Below are positions 12,396 to 26,097 of a stretch of 64,000 bases of DNA, piece after piece. How positions within the stretch are numbered: position 1 is the stretch's first letter; each line of letters opens with the position of its first letter. Where the stretch lies: assembly GCF_006345805.1 (NCBI RefSeq), contig NC_043011.1, forward strand, positions 31,508,464 to 31,572,463, in the 5' to 3' direction. The translations under genes were made by a program, and so were the position numbers. Source of the stretch: Octopus sinensis. Lineage: Eukaryota. A model generated the notes under the pieces. It made no database searches. It had not been told where the DNA came from and saw nothing but the letters and a program-made list of their open reading frames with translations.

Positions 12396-13184
12396 ATTTC
12401 TTTATTGCCCACAAGGGGCTAAACATAGAGGGGACAAACAAGGACAAACAAAGGGATTAAGTCGATTACAACGACCCCAGTGCGTAACTGGTACTTAATT
12501 TATCGACCCCGAAAGGATGAAAGGCAAAGTCGACCTCGGCGGAATTTGAACTCAGAACGTAACGGCAGACGAAATACCTATTTCTTTACTACCCACAAGG
12601 GGCTAAACACAGAGGGGACAAACAAGGACAGACATAGGTATTAAGTCGATTACATCGACCCATGTGCGTAACTGGTACTTAATTTATCGACCCCGAAAGG
12701 ATGAAAGGCAAAGTCGACCTCGGCGGAATTTGAACTCAGAACATAACGGCAGACGAAATACCTATTTCTATTTCTTTACTACCCACAAGGGGCTAAACAC
12801 AGAGAGGACAAACAAGGACAGACATAGGTATTAAGTCGATTATATCGACCCCAGTGCGTAACTGGTACTTAATTTATCGACCCCGAAAGGATGAAAGGTA
12901 AAGTCGACCTCGGCGGAATTTGAACTCAGAACGTAACGGCAGACGAAATACCTATTTCTTTATTACCCACAAGGGGCTAAACACAGAGGGGACAAACAAG
13001 GACAGACATAGGTATTAAGTCGATTACATCGACCCCAGTGCGTAACTGGTACTTAATTTATCGACCCCGAAAGGATGAAAGGCAAAGTCGACCTCGGCGG
13101 AATTTGAACTCAGAACGTAACGGCAGACGAAATACCGCTAAGGATTTCTCCCGGTGTGCTAACGATTCTGCCAGCTAGCCACCT
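12396..13184 (-). mobile_element. SINE family C tandem tetramer (one head, four body/tail units)
   Basis: Units 12396-12578, 12579-12762, 12763-12952 and 12953-13136, then head to 13184. Perfect 15-bp TSD tatgtcgttattctt at 12381-12395 and 13185-13199. Confidence 0.95.
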
Positions 13185-13276
13185 TATGTCGTTATTCTTG
13201 GTCATTACTAACCCTCAATAGAATGCAAGCGCTGAAGTACCAATCATTGCTTTTTTCTCGATTAGTAGAGAACCTG

Positions 13277-13416
13277 CAACGACTAAATTGGTGAATTAGT
13301 TAAGTGGAAATGAATTAGTTAAACAGGACAATCATAAAAAAAAAAAGAGAGAGAAAAACGATTGTCCTCATTAACTGATTCACTCGTGTTTAATTAATAC
13401 ACTAATTTAGTCGTTG
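13277..13416. repeat. 140-bp imperfect palindrome (possible foldback MITE)
   Basis: 57-bp arms caacgactaaatt...aggacaatc (13277-13333) and 13360-13416, about 45/57 match, A-rich spacer. Confidence 0.8.
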
Positions 13417-14585
13417 TGAATTATTTAAACGAGATTGAATTAATTAAACAGGACAATCGTAAAAACGGCGGCAGATCTCTCTGAAGTATCGATAAGTTAT
13501 TGCAAAATTTTAATAGAGAACAGTTGATTAGAGTTCCTTTCCACAAGATGCAGAAGAACAAATGAACCAATTTGGTCAGATGAAAAGAAGAGCAACGCAC
13601 TACGGTTAGGTAATAAAAAGCAATAGAAGCGATATTATGCATTTTCCTCCTCTGCCCAGTATTTTAATACGAGCTCCCGCTCACCCAATTTTGAGTGTGA
13701 GAAGCCACTCTACTCGTAAACCCATCTCAGTTCTTATTTATTTGGAGATTCGGACCAAGCCATATCCGAATCACCCTGATATCACCCAGTATTTCTTTAG
13801 CATAATTATTACTACCGCCTCAGTTATCCGTACTACTCGACAACAGAGCTCTAACTTCGTCCGCGTATGCCGAGAAGGGCCTCTTAGACTGAATGTATGA
13901 TTCGAAAAGGTTCTAATAACTGGCCATTTAAACTCAGAGCGGAAGATTCTTCTGTATCTTCCTGTAACAGCACAGCCATAACACTCGATCTGGGCCGACC
14001 GAAAGATGGTTTGGTCCGGATCGTGTGGGAAGTCTGTAGTCGTGGAGAAGAAGCGGTGATTGTGTGTTCAAAATCCTGGTCTCACAAATGGTTACCACTT
14101 GTATATCTGCTAACTCGAGGTCGTTAAGCAAGTAGCTGTGCTTCCAGATTGATGCATAGATATGTGCCTTCATATAATCCACTCTTAATATGGCCATGTT
14201 GAACCAAAAAAAGTGGAAGACATCGCTGGCCTTGTCCGCAAGAACTGGTAATCCAAACATCCTAGAAGTAATTTCAAGTGGTTACTTGAAACACTTCTCC
14301 AAAATTTTTTGGCTGCTGTTTTTGGAACATTCCCCGCTAGAGAGGAAATTCGTCCTTAGTCATGTAGGAACCTTTCGATGTTTTCACCAGATTATCTATC
14401 TCAGGTGTTTCTAGGATGAGCTCCTTGAAGCTTTCCTCTTTTGTTTGAGTTTTTGCCTCTGTATTGTTTTTATGTACTCCAGCTCACTTGTTTTATTCGT
14501 GCAACACTGAAGCCGAGGAAGAGGAGTGTTTCACTGGTCGCAGTACATCACGGATATTATTTTTATATCTAAAATTGTGTAATAA

Positions 14586-15124
14586 GTATGTATGATTGCA
14601 TGTATGTATGTATGTATGTATGTATGTATGTATGTATGTATGTATGTATGTGTATGTATGTATGTATGTATGTATGTATGTATGTTTGTATGCATGTATG
14701 TATGTACGTACGTATGTATGTATGTATGTATGTATGTATGTATGCATGTATGTATGTATGTATGTATGTATGTATGTATGTATGTATGTATGTATGTATG
14801 TATGTATGTATGTATGTATGTATGTATGTATGAATTCATACATGTATGTATGTATGCAAACATGTATGTACGTATGTACGTATGTATATATGTATGTATG
14901 CATGCATGTATATACATGTATGCATATATGTATGTATGCATGTATATATGCACGTATGTATGTATGTATATATGTACGTATGTATGCATGTACGTATGTA
15001 TGTATGCATGCATGTATGCATGCATGTATGTATGCATCATGTACACATGTGTGTATGTATCTATGCATGCATGTATGTGTACATGTATATATGCAAACAA
15101 ATATCTATGCATGTATGTATGCAT
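14586..15124. repeat. (TATG)n microsatellite, degenerate
   Basis: Read directly from the sequence. Confidence 0.97.
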
Positions 15125-15499
15125 GCCCTGGGTATAACTTTAAACTGCATCCGGTTGTGGAGATCTGGCACAGGAGTTCCAGGGCTTTGAGAAATGTGGA
15201 ACAATCTCTTTGACATTATTGTTCCCAAGCCTACTCTCATCCAAAGTAGTAGCTCCTGTTAAGGACCCACTTATGAGTTAACTAGCACATATAATAAGAA
15301 TCCATCTGAGCGCAGGGATGCAGAAGTACTATTTGTTTGTGTGAGGGCGCGCAGTACAACCACCTGGAATGAGAGAGCCTAGCTGTGGCTACAGCCTTCT
15401 TCTAACGTAAAACACTGTGATGTAAAACCCGCTGTTTCACACGATTACTAATCATCTCGCTTCGGTCTATCTCTAGGCACTAATCACGAGGACTCAGAA

Positions 15500-16255
15500 T
15501 CTATGGTTCTCTTTGATTACTATTCTATTCTGGTGGATCCCCAGAGCCATTCGATGTTTAAAAACTAGTTTTATAGACACTTCTGTCAAAGTTTCTATTT
15601 TGTTTTTCACACACTAACTTATGTAGGCTGAACTTTGTAAAATGAGGTGTAAAAACTTCCTTCGGCCATGAATGACCATGGAATTGTACCTAGAAAGCCA
15701 CCCTCCGAGACACATGTCTGGGCAAGGTTGTTTGTGGAAGACCAACATACATATCAGCCTCCCCTCTTTACTCCCCTAATGTTATCCAAGGGAAAGGCAA
15801 AGGTTGATACAGCTTGATACCAGTGATGTCGCAATTCATCTCTACCACTGAATGGACTGGAGCAACGTGAAATAAAGTGTCTTGCTCAAGAACACAACAC
15901 ACAGCCCAGTCCGGAAATCGAACTTACTACCTCATGATTGCTAGCCCGACGCTCTAACCACTGGAAACAAATTCCTTTGTGTGTAAAGTATAGACGAAGC
16001 TGCAAAGGATGTCAGCGGACTATCAGATACAGTGTTTTAGTGTGATTTCGCCTTCTCAGTGATAGGCAAAGCCTTGGTCATTTGAAGCTTGACAGTAACT
16101 GCAATTCCTATATAGAAAACAGAATACTTACATAGAAAGTAAAATTTTTTCAGTGGCCCTTAAATCTCCAATTTACTATTTTGTTACGTGGGTCTCCAAA
16201 AATCTTATATAGACCTTCATGGAACATATGGACCCCGGATGAGAACAACTGACTC
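15500..16255. mobile_element. Degenerate hAT-type MITE, same family as 51593-52415
   Basis: Shares tttgattactattct..ccattcgatgtttaaaaactagttttataga and the right end atggaccccgg.tgagaac.actg. Confidence 0.6.
15655..15965 (-). mobile_element. SINE family E
   Basis: Reverse-complement homolog of 16735-17068. Confidence 0.85.
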
Positions 16256-16602
16256 AGAGAATGGTACTCGTGTTATACAAACGTTTATCACTATAATCTA
16301 ATGACGAAGATGTCCCTTTATGGTGATATTATTTGTCATTCCATCTACTGAATGTCCCAAGGTAATGGAAAATTGGCGACGCGTGCAGACCTAAGCAGCT
16401 GGAAGCGCACGGTAAATTACAATTTACGCCGTTCATATATGTCCCAAACCATGCAGATCTGCAACGGAATTGAATATTTATCCGAGAGATCATGGATGGA
16501 AAGTCAGAGATGCCAATGACAATGAAGCACAAAGAAACGGCAAACATCCATGAAAATGCAACAATCACCATGCATGCATTTATACCTTTACTATTTTATC
16601 TA

Positions 16603-16690
16603 CAGTAATCCCTCGACTATCGCGGGTATTACGTTCCAAAACCTCCCGCCATAGATGAAAATCTGCGAAGTAGAAACTGTAGTGTACTGT
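16603..16690. mobile_element. Tigger-like terminal fragment
   Basis: TA|cagtaatccctcgactatcgcggg start resembles Tigger/pogo ends and the start of 985-1525. No partner TIR seen. Confidence 0.45.
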
Positions 16691-16734
16691 ATATTTATTT
16701 TACTATTTTTATAATTTGTATATATTTATCTGTG

Positions 16735-17068
16735 AAAGCGCATGGGTCAGTGGTTAGAGCGTCGAGCTCACGATCGTGAGGTTGTGAGCTCGAATCCCGG
16801 ACTGGGCTGTGCGTTGTTCTTAAGTAAGACACTTTATTTCCCGTTGCTCCAGTTCACTGAGCTGTAGAAATGAGTTGCGACATCACAGGTACCAAGCTGT
16901 ATCGACCTTTGCCTTTCCCTTGGATGACATCAGTGGTGTGGAGAGGGGAGGCCGGTATGCATGGGCAACTGCTGGTCTTCCATAAACAACCTTGCCCGGA
17001 CTTGTGCCTGGAGGGGTAACTTTCTAGGTGCAATCCCATGGTCAGTGTCGTGACCGAAGGGGGTCTCA
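16735..17068 (+). mobile_element. SINE family E
   Basis: tRNA-like head, central ttgctccagttcactgagctg domain shared with family B, distinct ggtaccaagctg..gaccgaaggggg tail. Confidence 0.88.
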
Positions 17069-17440
17069 GATATATTTATCTGTATATACGAAAAATCCTT
17101 TGTATCACTGTTCCCAAAGCATTCTCAAAAGGTTCAACCAAATCAAATCAAAGTTTACATGGTAATACTATGAGACCTCGTGAGTGTCAACATGTAATTT
17201 TTTTTATTAAAACAATGACGCTGGTTCCGTATAATGTCTCAAAACTCGAAGAATAAGTTATAAATAGTTTCACTTTTTATATTGTTTCACTTTTTATATT
17301 GTTTCACTTTTAATAGTATCACTATAAACTTGACGGAATTGGTCCCTTAGATATTAGCACGGGCCCACATATATGGATTCTAATGGCACAGGGGCCCTCT
17401 TACGATCGGGCAAGCTGGCAACCTGGTCAGTTGGCCTCTG

Positions 17441-17788
17441 TGTATGTATGTATGTATGTATGTATGTATGTATGTATGTATGTATGTATGTATGTATGTA
17501 TGTATGTATGTATGTATGCATGTATGTATGTATGTATGTATGTATGTATGTATGTATGCATGCATGTATGTATGTATGTATGTATGTATGTATGTATATA
17601 TGTATGTATGCATGCATGCATGTATGTATGTATGTATGTATGTATGTATGTATGTATGTATGCATGCATGTATGTATGTATGTATGTATGTATGTATGTA
17701 TGTATGTATGTATGTATGTATGTATGTATGCATGCATGCATGCATGCATGTATGTATGTATGTATGTATGTATGTATGTATGTATGTA
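17441..17788. repeat. (TATG)n microsatellite
   Basis: Read directly from the sequence. Confidence 0.97.
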
Positions 17789-18010
17789 GACCACAGTTTC
17801 GCACTTAGGTAGCTGAAATATTTCAGTGGGGGATATCTTTTGAAGGAAAAGATCATAAGCTATGTTTTCATGATGCTGTTTATAAATTCAGCAAAATAGA
17901 TTAGACATCTCAGTACATACCAGTAATATTCTGAGATTAGAATTGAATCGGTTTCAATATCTTCTTCCAACATTACTCTTTCTACAAGATGGAAAGAAAT
18001 TAAAATTATC

Positions 18011-18170
18011 AGCGCAGGCGTGGCTGTGTGGTAAGAAGCTTGCTTGCTTCCCAGTCACATGGTTCTGGGTTCAGTTCCGCTGCGTGGCACCTTGGGCAAA
18101 TGTCTTCTACTATAGCCTCGGACCTTGTGAGTGTATTTGGTAGACGGAAACTGAAAGAAGCCCGTCATAT

Positions 18171-18223
<53 letters not shown>

Positions 18224-18440
18224 TATCTGTGTTTGCCCCCACGACCGCTTGACAACCGGTGTTGGTGTGTTTACGTCCCTGTAACTTAGCGGTTCGCCGA
18301 AAGAGCCCGATAGAATGAGGACAATCCTTAAAAAAATATATTAAGTCCTGGGGTCGATTCATTCGACTAAAACCCTTCAAGGCGGTGCCTCAGCATGGCC
18401 GCAGTTAAATGAATGAAACAAGTAATAAATAAAAGATAAA
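18011..18440 (+). mobile_element. SINE family A
   Basis: Full head, internal (GT)n, tail ggcggtgcctcagcatggccgcag. Confidence 0.92.
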
Positions 18441-18616
18441 TGCTATCTGTATTTAATATCCACGTGATAAGTGCCGTGTTCTTTCAAGTACGGATTGCGG
18501 TTTTAATTTCCAGTTGAAGCCGATTCTAAATGGAGGAATTTGTTCTCCGAAAAAAAAAAAAAATCCCGCAGCGGATGCCATTCACATTCTAGTGTAAAGG
18601 AACGTGTTAAAAATAT

Positions 18617-18832
18617 TTTTCTTATCTTTTCTTTTATTTGTATCAGTCATTTGACTGCGGCCATGCTGGAGCACCGCCTTTAGTCGAGCAAATCGACCCC
18701 AGGACTTATTCTTTGTAAGCCTAATACTTATTCTATCGGTCTCCCTTGCCGAACCGCTAAGTGACCGGGGACGTAAACACGCCAGCATCATTTGTCAAGC
18801 GATGTTGGGGGGTCAAACACAGACACACAAAC

Positions 18833-18877
<45 letters not shown>

Positions 18878-19032
18878 CGACGGGCTTCTTTCAGTTTCCG
18901 TCTACCAAACCCACCCACAAGGCTTAGGTTGGCCCGAGGCTATAGTAGAAGACACTTGCCCAAGGTGCCATGCAGTGGGACTGAACCCGGAACCGTGTGG
19001 TTGGTAAGAAAGCTACTTACCACACAGCCAAT
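18617..19032 (-). mobile_element. SINE family A
   Basis: Reverse-complement, near full length. Confidence 0.92.
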
Positions 19033-19887
19033 GCACACAAGTTTATTTTGATCTTCGCTGCTTCACCTGCTTCTCTTTTATCCTTTCTCTTTTACTTGCT
19101 TCAGTCATTGGAATGCGGTCATGTAAAGGAAACGCCTTGACAGGTTTTAGTGGAAGAGATCGACTCTAGTACCTTCTGAGTTTGATACAGTTTTTCGTCA
19201 ACCAAATTCACCAACAAAACATTAGTCGGTACGGGGCTCGGTACGGGGCTCGGTACGGGGCTATATTAGAAACGATTTTTCCCATGGCGCCGCGAGCTTC
19301 CTAACCATATAGCCATGCTTGTGCTTAGCCTGGATTAAATTTTACAAAATATTTTAATTTGATTTCGTGCTATGCCAAAGATCAAACAGACATTATTACC
19401 AGAGCCCTTTGTGCGGAGAGTTAAAACAAACTGATTTAATGTGAAAAATTAAAAGAAAAAAACCCAGAAAAATCATATAAAAAACATTTCAGCGTAAAAC
19501 CACAAAACTGTACATTTATTTTTAAACGCGCCCCAATAGCATTCGCTGCGGGATTTTGTCTCAGAAAGCAGATTTCTTCCCGTAGACTTTGTATTATAAA
19601 GGACACAACGCTGCAAAGAACAGCAGCGGACTACCAGACGCGGTATTTCGGTGTGGTTTCTCTTTCTCAGTCATAGAAACACTTTGGTCATATGGACCTA
19701 GACAAGAATTTCAGTTTCTGTATAGAAAACAGCTAACAAAACATTTTCTGGTGTGTAAAGAGGTTAGCCAGACTGGAAGTAGTTCAGTGTAAGCACACGG
19801 AGCAGTGAGGATCAAAATGAGGATGTATGCATTTATTGTCAATGCAGTAATCTGTTATTTGAGAGAGAGGGAGAGAGAGAGAGAGTC

Positions 19888-19920
<33 letters not shown>

Positions 19921-19976
19921 TACAGAGACAGAGAGACAGAGAAAGAGAGAGTTTCTGGCAGGTCAAGAGTCTAACG

Positions 19977-20123
19977 CAGTCATGGGCAAAGTGTGGCCCG
20001 CGGGACTTTCTGAATGACTCGCTTAACAAAAATTTACCTTAAATTATTTTTAGTAGTGTGGCCCACCTGATGATGGCTCATGTCTCATGCGGCCCGCTTC
20101 TTGAAAAAGGTTGCCCATGCCTT
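19977..20123. mobile_element. 147-bp hAT-type MITE
   Basis: TIRs cagtcatgggcaa / ttgcccatgcctt. Perfect 8-bp TSD gtctaacg at 19969-19976 and 20124-20131. Confidence 0.9.
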
Positions 20124-20815
20124 GTCTAACGTAAAGTCTCCTTCATTGGCTCGACAAGTACCAGTTATATAATATGTCGATTTAATCGTCTTTATCATTG
20201 CACGATTGTCTTTAAGTGTTCAGTCAAAAGAAATCGATATTTATTAACCAGTGTAAAACTGTACGCCATTACTCGTTTATTTTGAACATCTTATGAACAT
20301 CCAAATATTATTAGCAAGTCGTGAACTTTCCTATATACATCAACCACACGGTAGTTTATCGTTGGTTTATTAACAGCAGTTTTTGTACCTCTGTTTTCCA
20401 CATCTTAAGACAACTCAGCTGGAATTATTGATTTCAAAAAAAAAAAAAAATTCGTAGTTTGTTTACTTTTAAATCACCAAGAGCTAAAGTTGTCTTCTCA
20501 GACTTGCTGTGTGTGATAAAAGGCTCAAAATAATATTTTTCAAAAAAGGATGGAGCTTTATAAAATTCGCTTTCTGCTTCGTAATTGTAACTTTCTGTTT
20601 CAGCCCTTTCAATAATAATAATAATACCTGAAGACATTGCTTTTTCATTGCAGCATTGCAAAACATGAAATTCATGATATTACTGTGAAGACAAACTCCT
20701 TCTGGGACTGATCTCAGCTGCGCTTGCGTTCGAAGGTGTGATTCTTGGCGAGTTTGTTAGGAAGCGTTTTATAATGATGTTCCACAGAGGATTCTTCGGA
20801 AAGAATATCAAACAG

Positions 20816-20854
<39 letters not shown>

Positions 20855-20862
20855 AAAAGAGA

Positions 20863-20937
<75 letters not shown>

Positions 20938-21144
20938 ATAAAGAATACAAGAAAGACATAGCTTCAGAAACAATAAAAAATAGAGATATGAATATTGTAT
21001 GTGTGTATGTGTATGTGAAAGTGTGAGCGTTTTTGCAATTTCACACACACACACACATAAACATACATAAATACATGCATGCATACATACATACATACAT
21101 ACATGCATAATCACAAAATCGCTTACGTATATAGTATGTACATA

Positions 21145-21176
<32 letters not shown>

Positions 21177-21371
21177 CTTTAAACACACACACACACACAC
21201 ACACATACACACACACAAACATATGTATACAAGATATTACGTACTAGTATACGTATGCGAATGTACGAATGTATGCGTGTGTTTAATGTGTGTGCTTGAG
21301 TGCGTGTATCCATCCATATATATATGTGTGTGTGTATGTATATATATATGTGTGTGTATACTTATATATAA

Positions 21372-21407
<36 letters not shown>

Positions 21408-21928
21408 AAATATATATATGTACACACACGCACACCCACACACGCACGCACACACACATACACACACACACACACACACATATATATAGATAGATAGATA
21501 GAGAGATATAGAATATAATATAGATATCGATAGCATCGAGCTAGATAGATAGGTATAGATATATATATATATATAATCGTATATATATATATATATATAA
21601 TTGTGTATATATATTGTGTGTATAGATATGTATGTGTGCATGTGTGTGTGTGTGTGTGTGTGTGTGAGTGTGTATACAATATATAGATATAGACATAGGT
21701 ATATCGATGTATATACATATGTACATGTATGTCTATATATGTGCGTGTCTTTGAATATGTGTGCGTATCAATGCGTGTGTACTTATACACACGATACACA
21801 TGCACATTTACACCCATACACACATGAATTTACACACAGAATTTTACATGCATATACGGATGTTTTATATAATTCTATATACACTTTTGCATTTATGAAT
21901 GTGTGTGTTTGCGTAGACACATACACAG

Positions 21929-21977
<49 letters not shown>

Positions 21978-22034
21978 ATGCGTGTATATGTACATGTAGA
22001 GGTAGGTACGTACATATATGTTTATATATATGCA

Positions 22035-22100
22035 TGTATGTTTATGTTTATGTTTTCCAGTTTCAGCTCTTGAGCTGTGGCCATGCTGGGGCACCGCCAT
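22035..22100 (-). mobile_element. ~50-bp tail-only retroposon (atggcggtgccccagcatggccacagctc...)
   Basis: Near-identical copies at 23108-23162 and 38058-38130. Related to the SINE A 3' end. Confidence 0.8.
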
Positions 22101-22123
22101 TATGTTTTATTTTATTTTATTTA

Positions 22124-22172
<49 letters not shown>

Positions 22173-22254
22173 GTAATAAACAAACACACACGCACATACA
22201 AGTGCGTATCATATATACGTAAGTCTTATGTGTGTGTATATATATATAATATAT

Positions 22255-22316
<62 letters not shown>

Positions 22317-22481
22317 TGTGCGTGTATACAATATATATATGTATATATATATGCATCCGAACACATTAACAGTCGCGCACACTCACGTCCGCGCGCACAC
22401 GTAGAAACAAGAAACCCGAAGAATCAGCGGAAGATGAAACGAAAAGAATTGGAGATCGGTTGAAGGAGATAGAAAGACAAG

Positions 22482-22542
<61 letters not shown>

Positions 22543-22726
22543 CGAAGAAAGAGAGAAGTGGAATTGGAGAAATAAAGAGAGAGACAAAAAGTCGTGGAAA
22601 GATTATTAAATAACTTTCTCCTATATTCTACACACACACACACACACATATAGATATAGATATACAGATACAGATATATAAAACCGCTTATATATACATA
22701 CATACATATATGCATACATACACACG

Positions 22727-22792
<66 letters not shown>

Positions 22793-22911
22793 TAATATAT
22801 ATATGTACACACACACGCACACACGTATATGTATCTGTAAACATGTATATTATATAAGTGTATATATATATACATATATATATATACTATACACATATAC
22901 ATATACATATA

Positions 22912-22963
<52 letters not shown>

Positions 22964-22976
22964 GTATATATATATG

Positions 22977-23054
<78 letters not shown>

Positions 23055-23107
23055 GTATATATATATGTATCTATATATTATATAATATATATATATATAT
23101 AATATAT

Positions 23108-23162
23108 GATTGATTGATTCCAGTTCAGCTCATGAGCTGTGGCCATGCTGGGGCACCGCCAT
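23108..23162 (-). mobile_element. ~50-bp tail-only retroposon
   Basis: Same 5' boundary as 22035-22100, with an (AATC)n tail. Confidence 0.8.
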
Positions 23163-23335
23163 TTGTATATATATATATATATATATATATATGCATTCTA
23201 AATATGTTTATATGTATATATGTATATATGTATATATGTATATATATATATATATATATTACACATATATTATAAAATTTATCTTCTGCAATAATGCGCT
23301 TGTGTATCTTCTGCCCCTCTCACTCGCTCATTCTT

Positions 23336-23368
<33 letters not shown>

Positions 23369-23604
23369 TTCTCTCACCCACTCACTGACCACCCATTCAC
23401 TCATTCTCTCTTTCTCGCCACCCTCTCCCGCTCTCTTTCATTATATGCGTGTGTGTGAGTGACTATACCGAATGGTTTACGCAGTGTGCGTGTGTGTATC
23501 TGTGCCATACAATGGACGTTTACTTATTCCATCAGAAAATAAAACATTCATCGCGAGAAAATTGCCTTTGTTCATGTGTTTTGTACGTGTGTGTGTGTTT
23601 ATGT

Positions 23605-23640
<36 letters not shown>

Positions 23641-23796
23641 ATGTGTGTGTGTGAGTGTTTGTTTGTGACTGTGTGCGTGTGTGTATGTATGTGCGTATGT
23701 GTACGGGTTTGCCTTCTTTAAGCTTAAGTACGTATATCCAACGTTTCTTAAATGAAACAGTTAATCTACATATCCATATGTATACATTAGCATATA

Positions 23797-23868
<72 letters not shown>

Positions 23869-24649
23869 GTATGTATGTATGTATGTATGTATGTATGTAT
23901 AATCTATGTGTGTATGTACGTACATGTCTGTGTAGCTGTGAGTATTTATGCGTCCGTGTAATTGTATGATGTGTGTGTGTTTGTGAGTGTGTGTGTGTGT
24001 GCATGCGTGCATGTTATTGTGTGTGGGTGGGTGTGCGTGTGTAGGTTACGCGTAATTCTATGTGTCGGTGCGTTTGAGAACAGCCGATTTTTATAATTTA
24101 CGTGAGTACCTTTGACTCTTAGACTTTCAATCACAACACAGTTGCCAAACCAACGAGGCAGCCTCTATCGAGGTAGCTCGATCAGCTAGAAATAGCGGCC
24201 AAATCTCCCTCATATCATATCATACCGACTTGGATAGAAAAGAAACTAGAATATAACAAGGAAAGTCGTATAAGCTGCATTATGTGTCTAAAAGTCGAGA
24301 TGGCCTCAGCTGGAATGTCTGTCACCAATAGGCCTGCTTGAGCTCAGAAACTCACTTGAGGCGGATGTTGTTAAATTTCTTCCAACCACTTCACATTTTT
24401 CAACTTTTTACCCGATTATTTAAAAAAAAATGTTGATGTTGTTTGTATGCTGATGACGAAAACTTGCATTCATCTTCCACCACCATCCACCGCGATAAAT
24501 TTATAAATAAAGAAGCTGTAAGCATTTGAAATTTTGCATTTTATCCAGTACAGCCAGTTCGAAGTCTGCTGGTAGCCAAGCAGTGGGCTTGTGAATAAAG
24601 GAGGGTGTGTGTAGAATAAGAGAGAAAGATTAACGGAGAATTTTGCCTC

Positions 24650-25075
24650 TCACAATATAAAAACATTTCTCATGGCACCAGCAGACAAGATGGAAAAGGC
24701 GTTGTCTCGGAGGATGGTGAGAGAGACGCGCTCGAATAGCCACTCTGACTCACAGGTCTCGCATTTGCGGATAGCAATCTCTACCTCGGTAGCGGTGAGC
24801 GGGGATATGGTCCTGGGGTCAGGAACGCCGGAGGTCCCAGCTGTCGACCATAAACCTGTCGGAGAGCGACCGATACCTAGACAGTTTTTCTTTTTTCTCT
24901 CAGCCTGACACGGAGCGGAGCCTGGGCTCGTAGCTGACAACACCAGGCTGCCCCTGGAGAAGGTGCCACAACATGTGGCATCTCAGATGAGGGACCTATC
25001 TCCACGGAAGGAGAAAACTGTCATACTGTCCGGCCTTCTGCCGTCCCGAATAGTTGACGGTTCCTTCTCATAACC
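24650..25075 (-). pseudogene. RLE-type non-LTR retrotransposon C-terminus (CRE-like restriction-like endonuclease)
   Basis: EPSTIRDGRRPDSMT..LI*DATCCGT..AE-KKK-LSRYRSL..EWLFERVSLTILRDNAFSI matches the RPDGxT / WDxTC / AExxKxxKY / QRxSxAIxRGNA pattern. Confidence 0.75.
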
Positions 25076-26097
25076 AAAAAAAAAAAAAAAAAAATTACAT
25101 CCTTTTTGAATTTTGAGTAGACACCGAAAGCTGTTTTGTTCCGCCTTGCAAAATTCTTCGCCTTACTCTGATTTCTACTCAATACCAGATACATAGAGCA
25201 ATGCGAGATCTTTTCAACAGACTTTGATGAGGTTGAACCGATCAAACTCATTGTTATTCTATCAATTCATCGAACTTTCTTCAACTTTCCCTAGCGACCG
25301 ATGACAGAAGCTGAAAACCACTTATTAAGAAAGACTGAAATATAGGTCGAGACACAAACTTATTTGCATAAAATTACAAGGATAACGATCCGACAATACT
25401 AGAGTACCTACAATAGACCGTAGATTTTTCACGATCTGTAATATAAGTATACAACTGGTTGTGAATAAATAAATATACGGGTTCGGTGCTTGCGAAAGAT
25501 ACCCACTTATACGGACAAGAGACTGCTGTAATATACTACGTGATGTGCAGGGAGAGTAACAAGGATCTAGAAACATGAAATCAAAACACTTTAACATTAT
25601 ACTTAGTCTAAAATTTCTAAAGTTTCAAAGCTTTTACAATATAATCTCGCTGCAGACATTATAAACTTTGGAAAAACAAAACGGATGGGGGGAAGCTATA
25701 GTATTTCTTTTCTGATAAAAAAAAAATTGATATGAGTATAATTTACTTAAATAATTACTAATGACTAGTTGAGAAGCCCGTCGTTGCCGCGCAATTTTCA
25801 CACCAGAATGCTTTTATTTCAATATTTATTATTCCATGACAGACCATGTCTCCCCACCGACCAATCCGCCTCTTGGTCAGAACGGATTTCTGTATTATTT
25901 GGGGCGATTTGTAATGCCTCGATAAACGATGTTTCTTTGCTTTTTCATTTGGTTGCATAGATGCAAAGATTTTTCTTATTCCTTACTCTTGAACATCGAA
26001 CGTAAAGCTGACCATGTTTGAAGCAGGGCTCTTCAAGGTATAAACCCCGGCAACCGAAAATGTTTGCCCTTGTGATTTTTTGATGAAAATTGAAGTA

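Larger units (their letters stand above)
11830..14560 (-). mobile_element. L1/Tx1-type LINE copy, internally deleted, split by a SINE tetramer and a palindrome
   Basis: EN start LLNDLELADIQVVTICETRI at about 14130-14050, upstream spacer similar to copy I. ORF2 C-terminus RLKVL..VNFFTFCLEKK at about 12060-11900 matches copy I RLKEL..INFFKIHLKK. Confidence 0.65.
20815..24060. repeat. Microsatellite-dense block: (GAAA)n, (GT)n, (GA)n, (TA)n, (CA)n, (TATG)n
   Basis: Read directly. Short unique spacers between the tracts. Confidence 0.95.

Noticed and set aside
16329-16571. Minus ORF with Cys spacing (NGVNCNLPCASSCLG) suggesting an EGF-like exon, or a 31-nt ICMVWDIYER micro-exon
   Set aside because: Cys pattern is incomplete, there are no consistent splice sites for the EGF reading, and no neighbouring exons support either.
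22390-22480. CpG-containing, exon-like stretch (NKKPEESAEDETKRIGDRLKEIERQ on plus; gac|gtgagt donor on minus)
   Set aside because: No matching donor on plus and no acceptor on minus. The purine-rich composition explains the open frame.
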